Below, piece after piece: positions 1 to 9,810 of a DNA stretch of 64,000 nt. The notes under the pieces were generated by a model. The model was not told the DNA's origin. It did not search any database and saw nothing but the letters and a program-made list of their open reading frames with translations. Numbering within the stretch: the stretch's first letter is position 1; every line of letters begins with the position of its first letter. Both the position numbers and the translations under genes were made by a program. Origin of the DNA: Catajapyx aquilonaris (taxonomy: Eukaryota); NCBI GenBank assembly GCA_000934665.2, contig KZ538006.1:186001-250000 (forward strand). Reading direction: 5' to 3'.

Positions 1-113
1 GAGTTAGGAAAAGCCATTCTCATTGGTCTTGAACATTTTGAGAATCATCTGCACACCTGCCAGTGAATCAACAATATTTTGCAAAAAAATAAAATGCCAA
101 TAATGCAGTTCAC

Positions 114-401
114 CTGATAAGAGAGGGGGTCATGAGACATAATCCTGAACTTCCGCAGCAGGACCCAGCATATGTGCACGCAGAGGTCCTTCTCTCTGTA
201 GTAGACCGGGCATGAGCACCGGTGTGGGTCTCCCAAGCGGACCTGGTAAATGAGGCGCCTGGCATCGTCCCTGATTCCGAACGCGGTGGGTCCTCCCTGC
301 CTGACCAGGAAGAAAGGGACGCCCCCGTCGCTCAGTACCTTCTCCTGTCGCTTCTCCACTGACGGAGGGCACTTCTGACGCCAAGGTGAACTGCGGCTCA
401 T
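114..401 (-). CDS. ZSWIM2: E3 ubiquitin ligase ZSWIM2 (SWIM zinc finger), first coding exon; rest of gene probably lies left of the window
   Basis: ATG at 401. Translation ...GPTAFGIRDD...VRLGDPHRCSC...LCVHICWVLLRKF matches the ZSWIM2 N-terminal SWIM CxC...CxH domain. GT donor follows ...SYQ at 113. Confidence 0.85.
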
Positions 402-820
402 GACTGCATCGAATTGAAAACCCAAAAAGGTGCAAGTGAATGTTCTGTTCTCTCGCACCAGCGGTTCATAATAGTTGATGTGGTGTTGCTAAGAAACAGT
501 GGGGTTTTTTTCACTAATAAATTATTGCCTTTTCATTGATAGCCTACATCTTTGGCCTACAATCATGATGAAGGCAAGGACGACAAACTCGCGCCCAAAT
601 CCATCCGCGCCGCCATCTTTTCGATCCCCCCTCCCGCCCCCTCCAATGCCGCCAACCGAGAATTTTGGCGCCCTTTTCCCTTCTGTTGCGTCTTGCAGGG
701 TTGCCAACCCACATCCGCTGCCCTCATATGCTCTGTGGTGGTGCCCGCCTGGCAATAAGCACCGTCCTCCGGTCCTTCCCGTCGTTTGTTGTCCGTCTCT
801 TCGTAGCCTCACCGTCGACC
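402..820. promoter_or_regulatory. Bidirectional promoter region ZSWIM2/FEN1
   Basis: Divergent ATGs 420 bp apart. GC-rich, with YY1-like CGCCATCTT (~612), C-rich GC boxes, E2F-like TTTGGCGC (664-671) and CAGGGTTGCCAAC (696-708). Confidence 0.55.
485..497 (-). promoter_or_regulatory. RFX X-box-like motif upstream of ZSWIM2
   Basis: Minus strand GTTTCT-T-AGCAAC fits the RYYNYY-N1-3-RRNRAC consensus, ~85 bp upstream of the ATG. Confidence 0.45.
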
Positions 821-2699
821 ATGGGTATTCAGGGCTTGGCCAAGCTCATCGCGGACGAAGCACCGGCCGCCATCAAGGAGAGCGAGATCAAAAACTACTT
901 CGGTTTGTTGTCCTTTTTTGTTGCAATGTGCACTTGGTCTGCACTGTTAAATAATATATCATTTGTGTCCATTGCAGGTCGTAAGGTTGCGGTGGATGCG
1001 TCTATGAGCCTGTACCAGTTCCTCATTGCGGTCAGATCGGAAGGAGCGCAACTGACCAACGCGGACGGGGAGACCACCAGGTATGAAAAAGTGGCAGGAG
1101 GATAAAACACTCATGCGATATCCACGCATTGTTTCATGAGGAAGATGCTCACTTGAAGGCTATTAATGCGTTGTTATTATTATATTTGGCGCTTGCTTCG
1201 CCGTATGATGTAGTGACACTCTTTTTTACTCGGTAGTCACCTGATGGGATTCTTCTATCGCACCATTCGAATGGTAGAGCATGGAATCAAGCCTTTGTAC
1301 GTCTTTGATGGGAAACCACCTCAGATGAAGTCGGGGGAATTGGCCAAACGTCAGGAGAGGCGTGTGGAGGCTCAGAAGGCACTCGAAAAGGCGGAAGAAG
1401 CAGGTATGGTATAGCTTCTAAAAGTCTAATTACCTGGTCCTCTGTCCAGTGCTTCTGATGATTATTTCGTTGCCCAACAACAATGATATTGTTACCTAGC
1501 TATGGAGAGAGAGGGGACGGTTGCCGTGGTTTGAACAATGTGCCAATTTGTATCATGTGACGTCATGTGCATTTAGGTGCGACTGATAATGGGAAGGTCA
1601 TCAGCGACTTACTCTCCGTTGCTATGTTTCAGGAAACATGCAAGATGTGGATAAATTCAGCCGCAGGTTGGTGAAAGTGACCCGTCAGCATGCAGATGAT
1701 GCAAAGAAGCTTCTTGACCTGATGGGGATTCCGTATGTTGAGGCGCCTTGTGAGGCAGAAGCACAATGTGCTGCCCTTGTCAAGGCAGGGCGTGTGTTTG
1801 CCACTGCCACGGAGGACATGGATGGACTCACATTTGGGTCCGATGTACTCCTGCGCCACATGACCTTCAGCGAGGCTCGAAAGATGCCCATACGCGAGTT
1901 CCACCTCTCGCGTGTCTTGGAGGGGCTTTCCCTTACTCATGAGGAGTTCGTGGATCTCTGTATCTTAATGGGCTGTGATTACTGTGACACCATCAAAGGG
2001 GTAGGGCCTAAGAGAGCCATCGAGCTGATCAGGCAGCACCGGACCATTGAGAACGTGGTGAAATCACTGGACAAGAAGAAGCACACCATGCCTGATGACT
2101 GGCCATATGAAGAGGCACGAAGGTTGTTCAAGACCCCTGAGGTGGCGGATCCAGAGTCGCTGCAGATGCAGTGGAAGGACCCAGACGAGGAGGGCCTGGT
2201 TCAGTTTCTATGCAAGGAGAAGGGCTTCAGCGAAGACAGGGTTAAGAACGGGGCAAAGAAGTTACTGAAGGGAAGGCACGGAGCAACCCAGGGGAGGCTG
2301 GATTCTTTCTTTACGGTGAAGCCAAACCCAAACGCAGCTGCCAATGCAGCAGCAAAGAGAAAGGTAGGTGACTTGTGTACTTGACATTTACTGCACCCAG
2401 TCATCATTTAAATAACAAAGTACTTTTGCGTTCGCCATGTAAGCCCTACCAGTTAATTTGTTGGATCTATCTTCATCATGTAAATTAGAAAAAGATATCT
2501 GCGGTTATAGTGAACTGATATAAGATCACTGATTGGGTGCATACAACTTTTTAAATAGTGTGATTAATTTTTACTGCTCATGGCGGAATAAAAGTGCGCT
2601 GATACAAAATGTTCTAACTTTTAGTCAGAAGAAATTGCTGGAAAAGCAGCGAAGAAGGCGAAGTCATCCCGAGGGAGGGGCAGAGGCAGGCCTAAGTAG
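821..2699 (+). CDS. FEN1: Flap endonuclease 1
   Basis: Exons 821-902, 978-1080, 1237-1403, 1633-2363, 2625-2699, all GT-AG and in frame. Motifs [44 protein letters not shown] box QGRLDSFF, basic tail. AATAAA at 2776. Confidence 0.97.
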
Positions 2700-3068
2700 C
2701 GAGCCAATGGAAACGGATGCAATTATAACATTTCTTACCCTATCATGTGATTTATTCACTTGTGGGTTATAACTCAATAAACATGTCAGTTTCACCATAT
2801 TTAATTACGTTTTATGCATACTTCATAGTCCAAATATATATATATTTTTAGTGCAGTATTTTACATTTTCCTAGGGTTGATGGCATGTGGTGGCAGACCT
2901 ATAATTTAATGTAATTATCAGTAAAATTGATTTGTGATCTTATACTGTGCCCTGAATTGGTTCCGAAAGGAGTGTGAACAGGTATGTGTACTGCAACTTT
3001 ATCCTGTAACTACGGAAGCAGTGTTATACGTTTGACTGCAGTCCTTAGTATGCAAATACATTCTACAG

Positions 3069-3534
3069 TAGGCGTATTCGGCAATTCAGATGATTCTGAG
3101 ATGCGTCACGTGATATCTGAGTTGTTAGCCCTGCCCCTCAGAAGATTATTGCCGAACGGCCGAACTGAGAGACCCCCCTACCCGCCTGTGCTGCATCCCA
3201 GTGATATGCCAATGTTCGGGTATTTCGGTGCCGTATTTCGGACGCTTGCGGGTAATGGTGCGGGTAAAATGAAAATGCGGGTAAAATCGGGTATTTTCAG
3301 GTCCTCTCGCGGGGTTTTTGGGCATTTTGCATTGGCAACACTGCTGCATCCATAACAATAATTTGTTTGTTAATTGTTTCTCAGCAAGTAAGTCAGGTCA
3401 GGAGTACACTAAGTTCCTGAGCTTGGGAAGCCAGGTAGGGCGCATGCGCACTTACTTCAGGGGGCGTGGCACCTGATTTGCCGAACATCCAAACTGCCCA
3501 GGAAGTCAGATTCCTGAATTGCCGAATACGCCTA
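3069..3534. mobile_element. Non-autonomous DNA transposon (MITE) with 21-bp terminal inverted repeats
   Basis: TAGGCGTATTCGGCAATTCAG (3069-3089) is the exact reverse complement of 3514-3534. Flanks are compatible with a TA TSD or a 3-bp AGT TSD. Confidence 0.8.
3199..3343. mobile_element. hAT-type MITE nested within the previous element
   Basis: Perfect 8-bp TSD CTGCATCC (3191-3198, 3344-3351). TIRs CAGTG(A)T(A)TGCCAATG / CATTGGCAACACTG. Internal CGGGTA subterminal repeats. Confidence 0.85.
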
Positions 3535-4044
3535 GTATGCCAGTCTGCAAATGAGTAAGTTGGTGTTGCTACAACAGGTGCCTGATAACACTATTCATGA
3601 TGACGTAACCAGGACGTAACTCCCAACAGCGCTTCCAAAATATACACCGGCACTGAGAAGAACAGTTCATGTGAGTAATCCCACATGGCAATGTACTAAT
3701 TCTTTTTCTGTGCATACTTATCACGACTTCTTGGGACTTGCAGTTAGTACTCCACATTTTTCCTTAGATTTAAAGCTAAAGTCAGATTGTCAATATTTAT
3801 GTCCTTTCAAAGCCATCTTATGTAACCTGAACCTTTTACAAAGTATGTTTGGCTCTAAATAATTACATTTTAACAAATATAACAGTTTAGGATATAAATA
3901 TCACTAGAGAGAGAGAGAGAGCTGTCACTTGGTGATACTACTTTATCAGTAACTTGTTAATCACCAGCTGTTTTGTACCTGATAAGATACAGATCATAAC
4001 ATTCCTGACAGTGTCACCTTACGTTTCAGGCATTGACAGACAAG

Positions 4045-5648
4045 ATGAGGAAAGCAATATATGCATTTGTTACCCTGGTCTTTGCTTTGACTCGGGAACT
4101 AGCTCATGGTCAATACCAACCGAACTGGAAGAGTTTGGACAAGCGACCCCTCCCTAAGTGGTACGATGAAGCCAAGATTGGCATCTTCCCACACTGGGGT
4201 GTTTTTTCTGTTCCATCATTTGGCTCGGAGTGGTTCTGGAACTACTGGCAATCTGGACAAAAACCTTACGTGGATTTCATGCAGAAGAACTATCGCCCAG
4301 GATTTACTTACGCAGACTTTGGACCAGAATTCACTGCCGAGTTTTATGATCCGGACTGGTGGGCAGAATTGTTTAAAAGCAGTGGTGCCAAGTACGTGGT
4401 GCTCAACAGCAAACATCACGGTGGATATACAATGTGGCCGTCAAAAACTTCATTTGGTTGGAACTCAATGGATGTAGGACCACGACTGGATGCTATAGGT
4501 ATCAGTACAGATCATTTGCTACTTTTAAATATTTTGTGCTGCTGATCAATACAATTCTCACAGTAACGTAAATCAGGAACACAAACCAATTACAACAGTT
4601 AACTCTTTTTTGTAGCTTCCCTGTCGTCAGCCATCCGCAACAAGACTGACCTCGTCTTTGGTGTGTACCACTCTCTCTACGAATGGTTCAACCCCATGTA
4701 CCTGAGCGACAAATCCAACCATTTTCAAACAAGGCAGTTTGCAGACCAAAAGGCGATTTCAGAGCTGTATGAGCTTGTGAACCAGTACAAAGTTGAGATA
4801 ATTTGGTCAGATGGAGATTGGGAGGCTCCGGAAGAGTACTGGAACTCCACTGGCTTTTTGGCCTGGCTCTACAATGAAAGTCCTGTCAAAGACACGGTGG
4901 TGGTTAATGATCGATGGGGATCAGGCATCCCCTGTCACCATGGCGACTTCTTCACCTGCTCTGACAGGTACAACCCAGGAGTGCTGCAGAAGCACAAGTG
5001 GGAGAATGCAATGACGCTAGACAAGAAATCATGGGGGTTCAGACGGGAGGCGGTGTTGAGTGACTATCTGACCATTGAGGAACTGCTGGTCGCATTAGCA
5101 GAGACTATCAGCTGCGGAGGTTAGCTGCTTTCTTTACTGTAGTCTGCAACACTAAAAGTGACTAACATTTGTGTGTTTTATCTGAAGGAAATCTTTTGGT
5201 AAGTATTGGTCCAACCAAGGAAGGTCGAATAATACCAGTGCTTGAAGAGCGGTTGAGGCAACTTGGCCAATGGTTGAGTATCAATGGGGAAGCCATTTAC
5301 AAGTCCACTCCATGGAGGGCTCAGAATGACACTATAACCCCTGGGGTTTGGTACACCACAAGAGGTGCGAATGTGTATGCCATAGTGCTCAACTGGCCAG
5401 AGAAGAGCACCCTAGTTTTGGGAGCACCTCAGCTGACACCAAAGTTGTCTCAGATCACCATTTTGGGTAACGAGGAGCAGAAAGTACCTGTAAGTTGGAG
5501 CCTAATTTCACCGTAATGATGGTGGATAAGATTTAACTCTTTATTCCAGTTTCGTCATGGTAAGACAGGATGGGAAATCGCATTTCCACCCATGTCACAT
5601 ATCAAGAGCCGTTGGGCATGGGTTCTCAAGATGGTCAATGCCAAGTAA
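4045..5648 (+). CDS. FUCA: Alpha-L-fucosidase (GH29), signal peptide
   Basis: Exons 4045-4498, 4616-5119, 5188-5489, 5550-5648. Motifs [31 protein letters not shown] (nucleophile D), VNDRWG, KWENAMT, NGEAIY, WAWVLK. Probable 5'UTR intron 3671-4029. Confidence 0.95.
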
Positions 5649-6289
5649 TGGCGACGTGTATGATTCATATCGTATAAAAATTATACCATATTAGTTACGT
5701 GAGATTAAATGTGATAGACAAAGCACAAGCATTCTGTGAACGTTGATGTCTCCTCATATCCTGTACTGTACCTGTACTACATGTATCTTGTTTCAGTATA
5801 TTAAACACCACTTTTTGGTGGTTTATCCTTTCTTTGGGTCCTCGTCATATCATGTGAAATTGCAATTAAACCGAAGCTGATCTTCAATATTTAATGAGCT
5901 TCAATTAAGAGTTTGCTGTACGCATCAAGATTCAAAGCTGCTGATCGACGGTATCCTATGGATGGGTTCAGATGTCTGACTGTAATTAGCAATCAAATAC
6001 AGTAAATTTCGTGTCGAACTTCAGACCATTCAAAACACTAATAGTTATCATGAAAAAGCTGTTACTTTCACAACTGCTATGCTCAGTTCTCGCACGAAAT
6101 ATTAAGCCAATTATTTTAATAGACATGTTTGTAAATATAATTTACACTAATTATGCATAATTTTGTATTAAAACTGGTTAAATCCTGAGTGACATGCCAT
6201 GCGGAAGCAGGGTAGCCAACATACGAAAAAAAAAAGCAGCAATGGCCGCCGTTTGAAGTCAGCGAAAACTAATCCTTGAAGACAAAAGG

Positions 6290-7811
6290 ATGAGCCGTCT
6301 GCCCTTCTCCTCATGCGACGACGCATTCGAACTGGACGATGAGGTCAGTCTAAAGGTCTAGACGCATTAATATTGCCCGAAACATACGTCAAAAACCGAA
6401 TCACATGTGTCGATTGCACATGTCACAAGTCTTATCCTTGCACTTGCAGGATTTCCTGGATGATCTGCCCAAGAAGTCGCAGTCAGGAACGAACAGTGCC
6501 ACGAACAGCGTACATCAAGTGACCAGGCCCGAGAATGGCGAGGCCAAGCCGGGTTCTCAGAGGTCGTCACAGCCGACGTTCAGGTCGAAGTTGGCCATGT
6601 TCAGATTAAAAAGCACTGCTAACCCGGATGATAAGAAGGTGGCAGAAGCGGAGCCGCTGTGCACCCCACCAGATGAGACTGTGCTTAGCCAGCTGGACGT
6701 CCCGCCATCAACGAGTGAGCAGAGGACAAGTTTCCGCTCAGTTTTTGCGAAACCAAGCGGAAGTTTCAGTTCAGCCACGCCACCAGCAGGTGTCCGTCCA
6801 GATGTCGAGCCAAGCAGAGGAGCGATGTCAAATCGGAAGAGAAGAGCTGACAATTCTTTTGCGGGTACATCATGGGGTACTCAGAGTGAAGCTTCAAACT
6901 CTCCTATGTTGTGCACGCCACCAGACCAATCTGTTCTTGGTCAAGAGTGGAGTTTTGCCAGGTCCACGAGAGAGTCACCAATCATGTGCACCCCGACGGA
7001 CAGGTCCGTGATCAGTATGATGTCTCAGCCCGTCTTACATGCAAGGAATTCACCTGCCCCGACGTCGAGAATCAAGGGAACGATTCCAGGCCCAGCTGGA
7101 CTTATAACAACCCCAGTGTCAAGCAACAACAGTGTCAAGCAGAAACTACCATGTCCGCAACCAAGCCGTGTCGTACTTGGCGAGTCCACACTGGAGCAGA
7201 TGATATTAGGGCCGTGGTCAGCAATGATGTCTGATCTAGGCTTGAGCCAGTATTCCACGAACGACCCATCGTGCTTTCTCAATGTTATGAACATATACCA
7301 CATCAGCACTCCGACTGATAATCAACTAGTTTCCACCCAGAAGATCCCATTTCTTGCAGTTGTGCTCAAGAGTATCAATGCCAGCACACCTGATCCATCT
7401 GCCGTATTCACCGACTCTACAGGTGACATACAGGCGACTGTGGATCATGGTGTGGTTGAAGCTCATCCTAACTTTTTGTGTCCGGGGTCAGCCCTGCTAC
7501 TGAAGAATCCTGTGGTACTGACCACTGGGCCCATGAAGCGACAACTGCTGATTGTGACCTTGCAGAACCTAGTCGCAGCATATGCAGCCGTTGGCGAACA
7601 GATCAAGACTCTACGCCTGGCTAATGTGAGCCTCCAAGACATTCAAGCTGTGATTGGAAAGTCTACATATCAGGTGACACATGATCACATTACATCTAGT
7701 ACACTGGAAAGAGCCATGGTTGGTGAGTCTGCAGTTATGGAGACAGAGGAAGACATCATTTCCAGCACGTTGGAAGGAATTGATCATGAATCATTGTTTG
7801 GAGACTTTTAA
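6290..7811 (+). CDS. HROB: Homologous recombination OB-fold protein (C17orf53/MCM8IP, DUF4539)
   Basis: Exons 6290-6343 and 6450-7811 give N-terminal FELDDEDFL, a long disordered region, then KIPFLAVVLKS...AVFTDSTGDIQATV...PGSALLLK (OB fold) and an acidic/Phe C-terminus. Confidence 0.8.
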
Positions 7812-8687
7812 GTGGGCATGGGAGTCGAAGGACTTCATAATGTCTGGCGGTGCCTCGTTCATAGCATCACCATGTCTTTTCAATTATTTTTGGCTACATG
7901 CATATGAATTTAAGATATACGGAAGTCTTGCTTGCTACATTAAAGTCTGTTTATACTAATGTAAGCGAGTACATGTTACAATGTTGCCTTGTAGTTCCTG
8001 GATGGACATTGCCACACCCTGTACAGATTGTGACAGTATATGGGAAACTTTTAAGACTGATGCTCCTGTAACAAAGTGATATCAAAACTAACCTGTAACA
8101 TGTCCTTGTATTGTTAACGAGAAATACATACAGTAAATGGTACATTTTTTTACAGTCTTATACAGTTTTAATTATTCCATTGATGGCTTACTTTCACGTG
8201 GTCAATGGGAAGCAGTACAATATCCATGGAAGATCTAAAGTGATATTGGTCACTTTTCTTACACCAAATGCATCTCTACAGTTAATCAGGGCACGAACTG
8301 CATGCAAGTGCGCTAAATCATGAAACGTGTGGTACTTGTATTGTCCTCCCTGATGCTGTTTGATAGAATGTCCATTGCATTATTGGGATCTAGCTGTATT
8401 ACACAACAAAAATGCTTTAGTGCCATTAAATAGCGCAGTACGATAGAGGCTGATGAATGTAACGCTGGGACATACAGAGTTTAATTATGGGGTAGCATGT
8501 GTATACATCTTTATTCTCTATGATGCAGTTTTTGGAATGTAACATCGGCAATAGCGGTAGTCCTTTGAGTGCTGGACCTTACCGTTCTGATGCACGCAGG
8601 GAATAAGCAGAGGCTAATGTGGTAATATGGTCAATAAATGTCTTGGGAGACATCTTTCAATGTATCTGTGAATTTGACTACATTTGC

Positions 8688-9810
8688 TTAAGAATGGAGG
8701 AGTGACACTATATCTTGTAATGACGACTTGTCGCGTGTGGCTATTATTCCGCCACTGTTGCTCCATTTTCCATTTGTGTTGTATACCAATTCATCTGTGC
8801 CATTAAATTTCATCACCTGCCCTCCCAGCCCTTTGATAATTCCATGCGGGGCACATGCATCCCAAAAATATGTGCTGGGCTTACTAAGGACAAAAGCGTG
8901 GGCCAAGCCAACAGCCACACACAGCATCTTGTATCCCGCCCCAGGAACTTCTTTAACGGTGTACTTTGATGCCAATTTCTGCACCACACCATCATCTTCT
9001 GTGGAACTGATCAGCACTGGAAGACCACTTGAACTTGGAGGTGTAGGAATGGAGCAACCACGATGGCCACTGAAGTCGTACCCCCAGTACACTCGTCCTT
9101 GCCACCTGCCGTTTTCTTGTGTGTAGAACGGTTGGTTCACTATGCCAGCCAACGGGCAGCCAGTGTTTCGATTGTACACTCCAATTAGGACCGTGACACA
9201 GTGCAGACCTTTTTGCAGCGGGGAAGTCTCCGCAGTGGAAGGGCCGCCACGAATGTATTCAGCCGTGGAATCTGAAAACATAGTTGAACATTGCTGCTAA
9301 TAATTCTGTCCCATAGTCGAGAATATTTTGGTGACAAGCCACCGCACCTATCGGATCAATCCAAACAGCAACCTCATCCATTTTGACCTCCATATCAGGA
9401 AACTCCTTTCCCAATACTATCGCAACATCCCCATGCACCTGCTTAGCCAACGTGTCTGCCGCTTCCTCGTTCCCATCCAGCACCTGCCTCAGCACCTTCG
9501 CCGTCTCCTCCGGCCCATCCTTCACCTCCAACGTAGCGCTCTGTCCCAACGTATTAGTGAAACTGTTGCTCTCCTCCCCATGCACCTCGCCCCGCAACTC
9601 CGGCCACCTCCCTTCCAAATCATGCCTCACAGTCTCCTGCACCAGCACATCCGCCAACGTCTTAAAGTCCTGCACGAACCCCTTCCCTCTCACCAGCGGA
9701 TCCTTCTCCTCCACCAGCAGCGAGAACAACGCCCTCTCCTCCCTGCAAGCCCTGGCAATGTTGGCCGCCTTCTCCGAGCACCGCAGCAGTGTGGTCAGCA
9801 GCTCCCGCAT
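8688..9810 (-). CDS. INPP1: Inositol polyphosphate 1-phosphatase
   Basis: Exons 9810-9348 and 9271-8688. Motifs SEKAANIARACR, DFKTLADVLVQE, GEESN, spliced WIDPIDSTAEY, GAGYK, WDACAPH. Probable 5'UTR intron 9989-9816. Confidence 0.93.

Noticed and set aside
499..954. 151-aa Pro-rich ORF and antisense ORFs across the FEN1 promoter
   Set aside because: By-product of GC-rich promoter sequence; non-ATG start; overlaps FEN1 exon 1 out of frame.
3668..4036. Splicing 3670-4030 would create a tiny uORF (AT|G CAT TGA) in the fucosidase 5'UTR
   Set aside because: Depends on an unverified UTR intron and is easily explained by chance.
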